A program made the position numbers and the translations under genes. 64,000 nt of DNA from Octopus vulgaris (taxonomy: Eukaryota), in NCBI GenBank assembly GCA_951406725.2, contig OX597822.1, positions 49,538,001 to 49,602,000 on the forward strand, given 5' to 3'. Each line of letters begins with the position of its first letter. Within the stretch, counting starts at the first letter, position 1. Positions 27,987 to 42,506 of the stretch are shown piece after piece. The notes under the pieces were generated by a model. The model was not told the DNA's origin, did not search any database, and was given only the letters and a program-made list of their open reading frames with translations.

Positions 27987-29954
27987 GTATATATATATAT
28001 GTATATACATAATATATATATATATGTACATACACACACACTCACACACACACACATATATATATGAAGATACATATACATATAAGCAGTAACAAGACGC
28101 TCACATACTCCATTATACATTATAATTAGTTTTATCTAGCTATTCTCATCTCCCAAAGTTCTCTTAAATGCATATAGATATTACGATATTATATAGATAT
28201 TACAACATTAAGCCTGCACAATGAAAGTATGAACGTAGCCAGCTTCTGACACACTATGTAAGGAAATTTGCCTGAACCGTGGCATAGCACGTCTATGTAC
28301 ATCTATCTATAGAAACAGACACGCTTACATACATACATACATGCATACATATACATCTATATATATATATATATATAATAATGTATATACATATATATAT
28401 GTATATTTCTATGTATAATGTTTTCTATATTTATGTGTATACTCGTATATATATATATATGAGAAAAAGAGATGTTTACATGTAAACACACACACATAGC
28501 TTCTTTATAAATTGAGATTGTATGCGAATAAATTAATGAAACGAATGAACAGCATTTGATACTAGTCTGTTTGATATAAGAATGGAATTGTTTTGATAAA
28601 TGCTCTCATCTTATGATTTCAGTGAAGGAGGTCTTTACGCCAGACAGAGAACTTCAGAACTTCGTAACAAATAGCTTTTCATTATTCTTATTGTGGACAA
28701 TGAATACTAAATGCACATGATGCCAGACGACAATATATCTGCTGATAATGTAATCAATAAAATATGATAAAGCAAAGAATGCTACAGCAAGTTTAGACAT
28801 AAGCAATTTTGTCTTGAAACAAGCCTGTGTTCCACAACGCATTGCCAGTAACAGTACCAAGAAAAGTATTCGGAATATTTACTGATTGGTAATTCCTAAC
28901 TCATATGTATATTGGCTGAAGGCTTTCATTAAACGAAGTAACATCAACAAGTTTTACATCAGAGCCCAGTTTTACAGAAGCTCAACGTAAGTCCTAGATG
29001 TATTTTCATCTTTGATTTGGCAGAATCAAAGGGAATTATACATTCAAAAATTGATTTAAACTGAGATTAACATTTTATTATTTGGGCTAGAAAATAAATA
29101 AAAAAAACATTCGGAGACTTGTGATATTCCAAATAACTCCGGGAATGTTTCAAATATTAATGGAATAAAAATACAATTCATGTCAACAAAAGATATGGAT
29201 GAATGTGTATCCATGAATAATGCTGATATTAAGGGCAGTACATAAAATATATTGTTTGACACGTCACAATAAACTTTGGACGTTATATATTTGTTATTAT
29301 CATACAAATGATTGCTAAAAATACTTGATAAAGATTGAAGTATTGAAGTAAATAATGGAACACCAAATGATTTTAAGTGAAGACAACTGAATATAATACG
29401 AAATTTTGTGTACTACATTCTCTTTCCACACGTTTGCTTGGCTGTGTCGCGCAGGCTTTGGCTAATTTATTCTTTTTCTTACCGATTTACTGTTGAAACA
29501 CTCTATCTTTGTTATAATCAATTACGAAAATCAGAATTTAGTAAAATACCTTTGCACTTACTAATACGATGTCTGGAACTTTAATTAACATGAAATTTTG
29601 AAAGGAGATTTTAATTTAAATCTTTTAAAATAGGAAGGTTTTACGATAGAACTAAAGGCAGTCACAAGCAGATTGATATCAGGCAGCATAGAAAAGGTAA
29701 ATCTGTGATAAATATGACATGAAGTGCACCAGGTTGCATGTAATAAATATGGATGGTACTACATCAATATTAACTTGTTCACACGACACATGCTCCGAAA
29801 ATATACATTCACAATGTATGCTCCTTTTATTAGAAAACATGAGGTGACTTGCAGTAATTAGAATATCTCAGTGACGCATGAAATGTATGTTAATTTGATA
29901 ATTCAACACAACAAAACCACGCGCAATGAGCATCTATCTTCTGCTAAATATTTG

Positions 29955-30016
<62 letters not shown>

Positions 30017-30946
30017 ACTAGTATATATGTAACACTAGGCAATATTTATATATACATACACACACACAATCAAACATATATATAAAATCATAATTAAGGG
30101 TATCTAAGTGATACCACCATGCTAGAGATAGCGTCAAAACTTTGCTCTAAAACCACTTCATGTATTATCCAAAAATTCTTTGCTTTGTGAAAACAGTTTT
30201 TATTTGCATGATGTAATGATTCTATTCATCCACAAAAACAAGTCTGAAACAGTTGTAGTGAGCGAACCACAATCCATATATTGTTATTAGTGTATATATA
30301 TTGAGAGAGTGTGAGTGAGAGGGAGAGAGAGAGAGAGCAATAGTTTATAAATAAACTTAAAGGCGTCGAGTGGGTTGGTATTTTACAAAAAAAAAAATTA
30401 AGTAAATTTTGAACCTGGGATAGCTGTGATAACAGCTTAAAAATTTGGGTAAATACTCCTAGATGAAGGAAAAATGTTGCGAGCATGTGGTTTAATGGTA
30501 TAGAGCACTCAACTGGTATCCGAATTGGTAATTGTTTCTCTGTAGCCACCTACTAGCAACTACTTCTCCGTATTTAGCTTTTAGAGAAGCGTCTTAATAG
30601 AAAGAAACCTAAAAGTTGAAAAATCAATTCAAGCCAAAAGGGACGGATAGACATAACAGAATTATTAGAGCATGGGAAAACACATTGTGTTACTTGTTTG
30701 CCCTAATATCCTTAATTCAAATGACTTTGAACGCCCTTTTGTACTTTCTATTTCAGTGCCCTTATGTTGGTTAAATACCAATCGCTATCGGTATAATCGA
30801 CCATTTCATAAGGAGATGCCTTGGCATATCTATAGTCTAATGACTGAAACTGAAAAAGAAGCAAACGAAAAAAAAATAAAGGAAAAAGAATGTTTGTATG
30901 AAAATATATTAAACATATATAATTTATGTAAAATCAGAGTGAAATA

Positions 30947-31087
30947 TAAGGTTGTCCCAAAAGTTCGTAGAAAGTCTTGGAAAATAATGGTCTTTATTTT
31001 GAGGAATAATTTTTGTTGTTTTTGTTAGTACTTGGCGAGTAAAAATTCAATTTTCGCAAGTGTTTACGAACTCTTGGGACAACCTAA
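30947..31087. mobile_element. Tc1/mariner-type MITE
   Basis: TIRs taaggttgtcccaaaagttcgta / tacgaactcttgggacaacctaa, flanked by TA. Confidence 0.75.
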
Positions 31088-31353
31088 TATTACAGTCATT
31101 ATGTAGAAAGCAATTTCGCATTTTAGTGTTTGACTCATTCAATCAAATCTCACAACTAGATGAGATGAAGTTTCGTTTTTTTTCCACATTATTAAGGAAC
31201 ATGTGCAACATTATTCTACGGAAGTAAACGGTAGAATTCTTACAATCTAAATTTCAAATGAAAAAAATAACAAGTCTTCAGCATTAGATACCTGTCTCAG
31301 ATCTATTTGATTCTGATAAATAGTAAACAAAATAATAACATAAATCTACTTAC

Positions 31354-32077
31354 CAACTGTGTAATTTGCTGTTTGTATTCGTTTATTAGCACTTACTCTG
31401 CAGTTGTAAAACCAATCGTTTGTATAGTAATCGTATTCAACTGACAAATCTTTCACGTTGATACGTCCATCAGGCATGATATAAGCGTAAGGACAGAATA
31501 AGTAATAATCCTTGTATTCATTGACGTTATAACAATTTCCAGCTGCAAACATATCAGGGTCACCTTCGACCATATTTCTAACACTGGAATATAGAAGGAA
31601 CTCTGAATCCATCAAACCTGATGGGTCATTCTTCCAAAGTCTTGTAAGGAGGTTAGCTCTGCTTAAGGCTACATCTGCTTGCTTTTTGAACCTGTTTAAA
31701 CCATACTGACGTACTACACCCGCACCAAGATTATATGATGTACCTTTCGTGCAGTTTTTCTTATTCTTCTTATATTCTTCGACAAGACTGAGAAATTTAG
31801 AAACAATATCGTCATCGTCATCGACAGAGCCAGCAACATCATTCCCTTCATTTTTTCCTCCATCAGATGTTCCATACTCATTTATATCATCGTCTGTTGC
31901 ATTCAGGTCTAAATATTGATATGTGTAATAGCCCTCTACCGTTGTGTTTCTGACTGATGCTTCGGTCACAGAATTTTCAAAAGCCAGAGAAAATGTTGTT
32001 CCAATTATCAAAATAAGTAAAATATAAGTGCACATTAGGGGCACTAAGGAAATGTGTTTCAATCCGTGTCTGTACAT
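31354..32077 (-). CDS. First coding exon of a GPR158/GPR179/CG31760-like class C orphan GPCR (signal peptide + Cache-type ectodomain, partial)
   Basis: Open frame of 241 codons from ATG 32077 with hydrophobic signal (CTYILLILIIGTTFSLA) and motifs ANLLTRLW, DPDMFAAGNCY, LFCPYAY, VKDLSVEYDY..NDWF, as in invertebrate GPR158-like ectodomains. Pyrimidine tract + CAG acceptor opens the exon at 32223. Canonical GTAAGT donor after 31354 (phase 1). Downstream exons not found in the window. Confidence 0.8.
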
Positions 32078-33060
32078 GATTTTGCTTTGCTTTTGCAAAT
32101 CAATATTTTTCTTACTTCTTTTTTGGTGAGTTTGTATAGCTTAGAGGGAGTATGGCTATACACTTAGTAGCTTTCAGTAGATGTGAGATGCCCCCAAACT
32201 GCCATCACTGAATAATGTATATTCTGCAAAAAATAAAATAAAAAAGTTACAGTTTAATAAACATGGACATTTCTACTTTAAGAACTTATATCTATAAACA
32301 GAAATACATCTTACATCACAATAATTTCTTTACAATGCCAGTTTATACCTTGCAAACGTAAATCATAATATTAAACATGACATCACCAATACTATAATCT
32401 AAATATCATTTCTCGACAATAATGAACATAAATATATATTTATTTTGTCTCCTCACTGTAAAATATCATTTTGAATGATGTAATGTAAAATAGAAGTTCT
32501 TGTTGAAGGGATATTATGATTGTTTGAGAGAATTTGACTTTAAAATCTGTTTTCTCCTCAAGATTGAAAGAACATGTTTTCCTCATTTGGTATGATTTCT
32601 TCCTATTTCCCGAGTAGAAAGCTGATTCTATCACCGGAAATAAGTGTTATGAATCTAAAATGATCGAAATCAAAGTCTTAGCGACACGAATCAGACAGTT
32701 TTAAGTTCTTAAAGAAATTCTTATTTTCCTAATATGTCTGCTATGCATGTTACAAACTTTATAAAGTTGTATACGACCGTTAAGTTTGTCCACTAAAGCA
32801 GAATAGCATAAAATATCAACAAAGAATCAATATAGCCAAGAAAATATATTTGCGTTTATTTGTTGTAAATAATCATCATATGCAATCCCTCAGCAGTTTC
32901 TTCAAACTCAGTGAATTTTATTGAAATAGAAGCACACCTATTTTGAAGTATACGATTGCTTAGGATGTAATCATGTGTGGAATGCATGAATTCTTTGTCC
33001 ATTCATATTAATCTAGTCCCGATGCTTATAAGAATGTAAAAATTAATAACATATAATAGA

Positions 33061-34586
33061 CTAGCAGATATATCCGGCGTTGCCTGGGTTAAAGAGAATA
33101 ATGAAATTTTAAAATGTCATCTAGATTACGCAGGTCTCACCTGCTAGTAGCTGATATACGAACTTTCTACATTAATAACTCTCCAACTCATGACAGCATG
33201 ATACATAAACGTTAATTAAAATGTTAAAAGAAAGTTTTCAACTCATATATGTATATAAAGTAAATACATGTAATTCCAGAACATGTTTTGTGTAGATTAT
33301 TTCGTAAACACAAAACAGGTACAAATTACAAACAATGAAATGTCGACTTTGGTGATTCATTTGACAGAAGTAGTAGAGAGCCAATCCGATGATAAATCTG
33401 ACCTTGGATCTTGAAAGTTTGCATGAATCCTGGCTCAGTTAAATCTCTTGTGACTCCAAATGATGTCATCTGTAGTGCAGCTTTGTATTGTCTAATCTTG
33501 TTTTGGAATATTGGTCAGCTGAGGACAACAGTTTCTTCAGTGGCTCTGGAGGTTGGGGGATTGCGGAATTTAACCTTTCCACCACTGCAGCACAGTGCAG
33601 ATGTCTCTCAGACCACTTCCTTGATTTACAATGTATGCTCTCAATTGTCATTCCTCCAATAAAAACTCTAGTGTCATCTGCATAGTGAACTGCTGGATCA
33701 TAATTCAAAGCTGCTTCATAGAAGTTGCTTCTCTGAGCTGTTGCAACTGCTCTTCGTTCTGCAGTGATCCTATTCCTCGTTAGCCGTGCATACTCTCTTC
33801 ATTACTTTGAGATGGTATGGCTTTTGTAGTGCACAACATGTTCGTTTCTTGGTATGCTCTCCTTTCTGCAGCTGCCTCTCTTTTCCTGGACAGAGACATT
33901 CTTTTGACTGATCTTGACATTGTAGACAAATTTGACACTTTCTTTCTAGGCGTGGTCATATACAGAAATACACGGTTGCAGAAGATAGTAAACAATGAAA
34001 ATAACTGGGTAACGGAAATTATATTTCTTAATACGACAGACAGACAGTAAATAAGAAATGTTTACGGAAAATAAAAAAAACTGTACGGTTGAAGCGTAAT
34101 TTGTCACTTAGTGGTCCAAACAGCCATTATTGAAGGAACCAGAAAAATGCCGTTAACTACAGAAAAATGCAAAACCGTTGCAAAAGTAAATAAGAAATTT
34201 TAAAGGAAATTAACTAAGTGTGCGGATCTAAATGAAATTGTTAAAGTTACTTCTGTCAGTAAATTATGAACTTACTTTTGTCCGTAATTCCGTCAACAAC
34301 AAAAAAGAACAAAACGCTGCAAAAGTTACTTCTGTCAGTGAATTGTATATGAAATTACTTTCATCAGTAATTGTGATCTTTCTGTTAGTAATTTGTCGTT
34401 GTTGTTTGTAAATGGCGATTGAAATCTTATAGTGAACTATAAGTTACTTCCGTTTTCCACGTAACCAAGGAACGTGCTTTTTCTGCCCCAGCGGGCCCCG
34501 TTACTCATAATGTGAAAAATTTTGGAACATATGTAATGTATGTTCCCAGTTTGGAGAAAATCAATTAAAAGTTTCGGCCTTTATAA

Positions 34587-34645
<59 letters not shown>

Positions 34646-34664
34646 CGTGGTTTATAATATATGA
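33061..34664 (-). mobile_element. Internally deleted Helitron retaining the RepHel N-terminus
   Basis: Minus: A|TC start at 34664, hairpin cccaggcaacgccgg + CTAG|T end at 33061. Translation NYDP..IGGM..HC..RKW; PQPPEPLKKLL; YKAALQMTSFG..PGFMQTFKIQGQIYHRIGSLL (Helitron RepHel signature). Confidence 0.85.
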
Positions 34665-35706
34665 TGAGAATAATATTACATTATAGAATATTTAATAAGA
34701 AAAGGTTTTATCATTTATCAAATGAAAAACAGAAAAATAATTAGGTACTATTTTCCACACTGGAGCTTCAGATTTTATCTGATATTTGAGAATGTGCATA
34801 ATGCAAGTTTATAAAACGTAATTGTATTCTGAGAATTACGCAGCTGTCAAAAGTAGGAGGCTTGGAAGACTTACTGTGAAGAATTATGCAGCAGGTTTTA
34901 TGATAACAAGTAAATATATCTGATGTCTTCAGTAACTGATATACAAAGAATACAAAACAAATTGAATTTACTTCTTGTTTATAGAGAGTAATGTGTAGAA
35001 TATTCAATAAGGAGGTCTATATAGCAATTTTCATCCATTAGTAAAATGTTACATTCAACCTGAAATATTACATCCAGTCAAAGAAATTAAAGACAATTTG
35101 TCCTGCTATAAATGCGGTTGAAACAGTAAGCAAAAACAGAAATAGAATCATGCACAAGAACATTATAAAACTAAACGGTGTTTGAATGAGCTTCATAATG
35201 TTAAGTTAAAACCGAATCGTTCGTGATAATGACAGTGATTACAAAATAATAAAGAGTAAAAGAAAAAAAAACTTGAGCACAATCTCAACTGAAATAATGA
35301 TATTTTGGCATTTCGCGACTTAGAAATAATTTAAAAAGTGTTTTTGGTCTTTTGTCAATAAATCGTGTGGTATTATTGCCACATAACTATTGTAATAATG
35401 ACTACATTATGTCTGGCCTGTTAGTTCGAAGAAAGAATATAGATTTCCAATTTTGTTGTTCTCAATTTAGCTTACGTCATAACAAAAGGTAAGTAAGAAC
35501 TATGATCAAAATTTTTCATTAGTGGATGCTATGTGTTCAATTGACCAAGAAAGAAAGAATGTATTTCCGGTTCTCCGGAAGTAACTGAACTGATATTTAG
35601 CTGCAAAACAGGCGGGCAGATAGACGTATTTTGAACATGTCTATAAAAGTTTAAATATATTATAATTTTGTTATAATAATAATAATAATTATTATTATTA
35701 TCATTA

Positions 35707-35743
<37 letters not shown>

Positions 35744-35805
35744 CATTATTATTATTATTATTATTACTATTACTATTACTATTATTATTATTATTATTAT
35801 TATTA

Positions 35806-36337
<532 letters not shown>

Positions 36338-36679
36338 TGGATGAAATATCTCAATCGAATACTTATATCTTTTCGATAGTGTTTTCAAACGTCACGTTAA
36401 TAATAATATATATATAATTGAGAAACACCATATGTTCAATTTTCCAGCCAAGTCATAATACGATTTCATTAACTCTCCCTTATTTCCACCGCAACCTTTA
36501 TATTTGTTCTCTGTACATATCTGTACGCTATATATTTACATGGATCCAAATCGAAGGTAGTACATTTGTGGAAATGTAACTTCAGAATGATGAAATATAT
36601 TGCATGAATATTTATCAGTTCTTAAGCTTTTACATAAACATTCAACTCCTAATTGATGTGAAACTAAAGAAACATTTTG

Positions 36680-36945
36680 TTCATTATTTACATTTGACGG
36701 ATATTTGTCCTCATCTTTTATGTTGTTAACACAACGTTTCGGCTGATATACCCTCCAGCCTTCTCCAGGTGTCTTGGGGAAACTTCGAACCTGGGTTCTC
36801 ATTCCTAAGGTATTTTTCGATGTAGTTCTTCTTCTTCTTATTATTATTCAGGTCACTGCCTGGAATCGAACTTGGAATCCGAGTTCGATTCCAGGCAGAG
36901 ACCAGAATAACAATAACAACAACAATAATAATAATAATAATAATG

Positions 36946-37008
<63 letters not shown>

Positions 37009-37245
37009 TAATAATAATAATATGATGAAGAAGAAGAAGAAGAAGAAGAAGAAGAAGAAGAAGAAGAAGAAGAAGAAGAAGAAAAGAAGAAGAAGAAGAA
37101 GAAAAGAAGGAAAAGAAGAACAACAACAGCGACAAATACCCTTGGAATGAGAACCCAGGTTCGAAATTTCCCCAAGACACCAGATGAAGGCTGGGTGGGT
37201 ATATCAGCCGGAACGTTGTGTCAACAACAAAGATGAGGACCATCT
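36680..37245. mobile_element. Head-to-head pair of a tRNA-B-box + hammerhead SINE-like element (PLE-type foldback)
   Basis: 36706-36816 is the reverse complement of 37134-37241. Central hairpin 36851-36903 contains B box GAGTTCGATTCC. Degenerate minimal HHRs at 36728-36773 (-) and 37176-37222 (+). Confidence 0.7.
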
Positions 37246-37292
37246 CTTAAATATAGATCTGTGAAACATTTTGTTTTTATGCATCCACTACA

Positions 37293-37358
<66 letters not shown>

Positions 37359-38971
37359 TCATCTGTCTGTCTGTCTGTCTGTCTTTGTATCTATCTATCT
37401 ATCCGTCCATCTATCTATCTTTTCGTCCACGTGCTGGAAAGAAGATTGGTGGTTGGCACATCTTTCTTTGAAACTAGTTTCAGATACATAAGATATTTTT
37501 CTTTTCATTTTCGTTATTTGGTAGATATCTCTCACTCGCTCTCTCTTTCTCGAACACACAAACACACACAGACACACACACATATGACACTCTATAAACG
37601 ATCAAGGCATATCAAATTAGCTTGGCAGAATAACGCAAATCAGACAGTTAATTGATCATTTTAATACGGAATGCATCGTATTAAAGTCCCGTTTTAGGCA
37701 ATCCACAGTTATAATAGTATCCAAAAGTATCCAACGATAAATGGAAACTGAAGCGTGGTATAAAGACATAACATAGATAAAAACAGGCAAATAAGTTGTG
37801 TGGTATTGCTACAATTATTTCAGTAGGAGTCTTTATTGTGACAAGCATAATGCAATTAGATACATTGTGTAATATGTTAGATAACTCCCAACGCAGCAGG
37901 CTACCAAAGAAAACAATTGAGCTGTAACTTCTTGGTTAATCAACAAGTGATATTTCTAACCAGAATTACTAAATTTAATAAATTTAAGGCGGTGGAATAA
38001 AGTCGCAAATATAAAGAGAGGCATTGATATCAAAGGCCAGTAGTGTCAGAACTTATTTGAATACAGCAGATAATAGGCGCAAAGCATGACATTTGACTCT
38101 ACCAAAACACGCTCAAAGTCAGCTGCCGACGCTGCTCTAAAATTATTATTGTATAACATTATTTCAAAGGGAACGTTAGTTATTCATTCACTTAATTAAT
38201 CTTGATAAACTTGTTCAGCAAATGAATAGAATATTAGCATCACTGAATGGAAATCCACCAAGGGACAATAATTTAGTACAAAACCGCAGATCAGCTAAGT
38301 TCTCTGTGAAATTCTGGAAGATAGGGAAAGTAAAGAAGGATAAAGTGGAAAAGGTAAATTAGATGAATCAAGTAGATAGAGTGAAAGTGGCCCATGCAAT
38401 AGCATGGACAATTACATAAATGTGTACTTTAGAATAATGTAATTTGTATATATAATGAACCGTGTTAACTTAAAGATATATATTTATAAATCGTTTCATT
38501 TATGTTGGTTGAGCAGCAAAATATGTAGATATATAAGTTGATAAGTTGCAAAGTATCTATTAGTTGAAAGGCCAGAGCTTAATTAAGAAATAAAAGCAGA
38601 ACTGATAAATTCGTGAGATAAACCGAAAACGATTTCTTAACGTTTTCCAAGCACAACAGTCGCCATAATATTTAGAAAAATATCAATCAAAATCATACAG
38701 GCTCAGTAGCTAAAGCAATACCTAGGAATTTAAAATAATTGTGATTAACAAGGGAATGTTGAAAATTGTAAGAGCTATGGAGGCCCTATATGCTATTAAG
38801 AGATCAATAATAATAGTAGTAACGCTAATGCCCATAATTATATTGTTACTGGAAGCAATGATAATATGATGAATAGGAATTATACTAGAAATATTAATAG
38901 TAATAAAAGCAACCGTAGTAACACCATTAAAACTCTTGATAGTAATGACAATAATTATAGTAATAATAAGA

Positions 38972-39215
38972 ATCCAAGCCGTTAATACATGGGCCATAGC
39001 ATCATTCGCGATGGAGCTGGAATCACAAACTGGCAAAAGAAAGGACTGATGAAAATGGATACGAAGACAAGAAAAATATTGACAGTTCATAGCGCCTTCC
39101 ACCCTAAGAAAGACGCCGATAGGCTGTAGTTGTCCACAGGAATAGGCTAAGGGAAGGATTGTATCGAAGCAGAGGAAACAGCTGAGGGTGGTATGTAAAA
39201 CCATGTTGGAAAAGG
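38972..39215 (+). mobile_element. Dong/R4 LINE internal fragment
   Basis: IQAVNTWAIA..GAGITNWQKKGLMKMDTKTRKILTVHSAFHPKKDADRL, the post-RT region of R4/Dong ORFs. Confidence 0.75.
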
Positions 39216-42072
39216 AATAGGAATCAAAACAATAACTTATTTGGTTTTGTTTGGAGGAACAGTTTAGCCGTCCCTCCTGTTAGAGTGAGGTATTTCCACC
39301 AACAAATCACCAAGTGTTCTCTTAGTGATGTTCCCTAGAAAATCTCCGATTTCCTGCGGGAATGTGATTTTTAGGTGTGTGTATGTGTCTTGTGTCGTTT
39401 GAAATATTTGTATGTGTGTAGGTAGGGGTACTGGGTGTCACAAAATCTGTTTGTGTTGTGTTAGTGTTTGTTTTTATGTAATTCATGAGATCTGCGTGCT
39501 TTGAGGTAATTGCTATGTAGTTTATAATGGTACTGCTTTTACTTTGTATTTGCTGCTGCTGCTGCTGTTGTTTTGTTCTTGTCTATGTGGGATGGGTTGT
39601 GTTTGTGGTGGTGTTGGTTGAAGTAGTGTTTCAGGTGTTTGTGGAAGTGATGGTGACGTAGTGTCTGTTTTGGGTGTTTTTTAGCTTTGCAGCTTTTGTC
39701 TTTTCCTCTCCACTGTATGGATGAATATTGTTCTTTTTCTGTGGTTTTGCGTGTCTTCCTGTATTTCCCTCGTCCCAATCAGTTTCGGTACATATATGTG
39801 ACAATCGCGTGTGACATGGTAGTCTGCACCCTGCTTTCGTTAACTGCCTTAGGTTCCTGTGTAGACACAAGAGGACATGGAAATTCTGTCATTCCTCCCA
39901 CACCCTGAGAAACGTTGAGGATGTGATAAATTGGGCGATAGTTGTACAGGCATGGAACTCATCTATTTTCTGCTAAGCAGACTTGAGCAACATAAAAAGG
40001 ATTAACTTGCTCCGTATCACGAGTTTGCCTGTCCATCACCTTATACAGTAGAGTACGTGCCTTTGAAGCTCACATGCATACACACATATACATAATATAT
40101 TGACTATTTCTCCTCTTGATGTCTTCCGTTTCCTAAAGTATAAGTTCACAACTTAAGTATCGTTGTACGCTCAGCGTTGTATCCTCCGCTTTTGACAGTG
40201 GCTAGACCATCAACTTCACTGGATCCAACATTATATATTGGTCGATGTTTAATTTAGAAACTCGGTTTTACTAACATCTTCCATAAGTTACGGCTTTGTA
40301 GCGTGATATTTACTTGATCATACTTAATCTTTCGTCAAACAACAATAACTCAGCTTTTTGCTGTCACACACACACACACGCACTCATGCACACACACACA
40401 TACACACAAATACACAAACACAAACACACGTGTAAAGATAAAACTATTATGATATTACTATAATATATTCCTTATGATATCAAAATAATATAGTGTATCT
40501 TGTTATCAATAGTCAGCGGCGTAATATCGAGAATAAAAATGCAGAACAACATATATTAATCCCCTCGAGATGCTTTTCTCTCACATTTTATTGAATAATT
40601 TAAATTTGTCACCTGAAAACTATCACGGTTAGTCTTTGACGTAAGGGAAGCTTTAGAAAGCAATGAATATTGAAAGCAGCAGATGTTTTTATTTAAATGA
40701 ACTCTTATATAAAATTTTACTCTTTACGTTCCTCTCCTTCTTCCTCTGTCACACACAAACATATGCCAGCACACATATATACATACATAGGTACGTACGT
40801 AATACAAGCATAAATATATGTGAGTGTATGTGTGTACACCCACACACACACATACTCACATACTCACAGACAAATGCGCTTGTGTGTGTATGTATGACGA
40901 GCTTTACATAAGACAGATGTAATACACACACACACATACACATACAGTATACTGTTCCGTTGTTGGTAGAATCAACAAAAACTACCCATCCAAAGAGAGA
41001 TAAATATCATTTGATAAGCAATAGTTCAGGCTCAAAATAAAAATGGCTGATCTCTGAGAAAAAACGATAGAGAACAAAAAATTACTAGAAAAAGACAGCT
41101 TGGAGGGCAGTAATATGAGTCCTGTCCTATTGGTCTGTTAGAAGGGGAATTAACTATGGTTGGTGGGATTAGTCCGATACAGAATAGCTAAAGTTTGCAA
41201 GACAGTATGGCAAACTTGTAACGGGTGGTGATCTATGGTTTCATAGCAGATATTTCTCGAGATAACGGCAACTTATGAAGCTTTCAGTTCTCGAATTTTG
41301 TAGATCAATTGAATTCTTAGCTTTCAATGAGATTTGAGTTATGTTAGTAAAACATGTACTTCCTTGATCCATTAGTATTGAGGAATGGCGTAGATCGCTC
41401 TACGATGCTCTTATAGATAGTTTGTGAGGTATGCTTAGCATTCAGCCAGCTAACGTTAATTATTTTAAAATTTTCACATTGCCATTTTGTGTAATCAACC
41501 ACTGATTCCTATGGTAAATTCTATAAATACTGACTGGCGAAAGTTCAGTGTTACGACGCAAAATGGAGTATGCATGCGCGCCAATATGTTTTTGTATAGT
41601 TTTACTACTAAGTGATAAACTACCAACTTACCTAAAAATTCTATGTCCCCTATGACCAGAAACATTATCTTCCACCTCCCTCTCTTTCTCCCCCTCTTCT
41701 AACAAATTCCCACTTACTACCACTCCTAATCTTTTTCTTTCTACCCTCTTGGCATTCTCCCCTGTATTATTCTTCTGATATACAGAGTGCCACAATATAT
41801 TTACTGATATATTTACAGTTGACATAGTAAATGGCCCCAGCCTATATGCACATTCTTACCAAATTTCCACCTACTCTTCCCCCATCTCCTTTTCTTTATT
41901 CTTATTCTTTTTCTTAACAACTTAAACATTTGTCCACTCTCATATATGATTTCTTCATGCCTATTGTGTTCTCTCATCCCGTGTTTTCCACTCTTTTTCG
42001 ATCAAATCTCTGCGAGTTATAACTTGGGATTCCTTGACGACTATGTAACCTTCATTTAACAAAGGTATCTTC

Positions 42073-42153
42073 GGCCTGATGAGTAGCTAGTGGAGTACCT
42101 CTCATTGAGTAGTTACTACTTCTGAGGGTCTGCTAGCTAGGAAACATGTAGCC
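42073..42153 (+). ncRNA. Type I hammerhead ribozyme with extended stem II
   Basis: GGC-CUGAUGA-G UAGCUAG...CUAGCUA G-GAAA-CAUG-UA-GCC. Intact core, 7-bp stem II base, palindromic stem III ACAUGU, GUA triplet. Confidence 0.75.
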
Positions 42154-42506
42154 TGGATATTACCTCCTCCATTCCCTAAATCTGTATTTTTATTCGCTAA
42201 CATTGCAAACCCTGTTGCAAACCGTGAACAATAAAATAACTTTCTTCAGCTTATCGAACATCGATATGGAAAAATTACTACCATTTATATGTGGAAACTT
42301 GTGTAAATGTCCTCTCATATATAACACTTGTAATTCACAGAAACTTCCTGTTAAAAGAGAATCTGTGTCATTTTCTTTGCATAAACGAACTAATAGTAGA
42401 ATGAATAATTTTCTAAACTTGATGCGTTTCAAATAATATTTATGAGAATTCAAACACAGAAAACAGAAAACGGATTTATCAATTTCTCGTACGAATAATT
42501 TCAATA

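Noticed and set aside
28560-29400. Possible additional exon or decayed transposase
   Set aside because: Only short frames with no recognisable motif or convincing splice sites.
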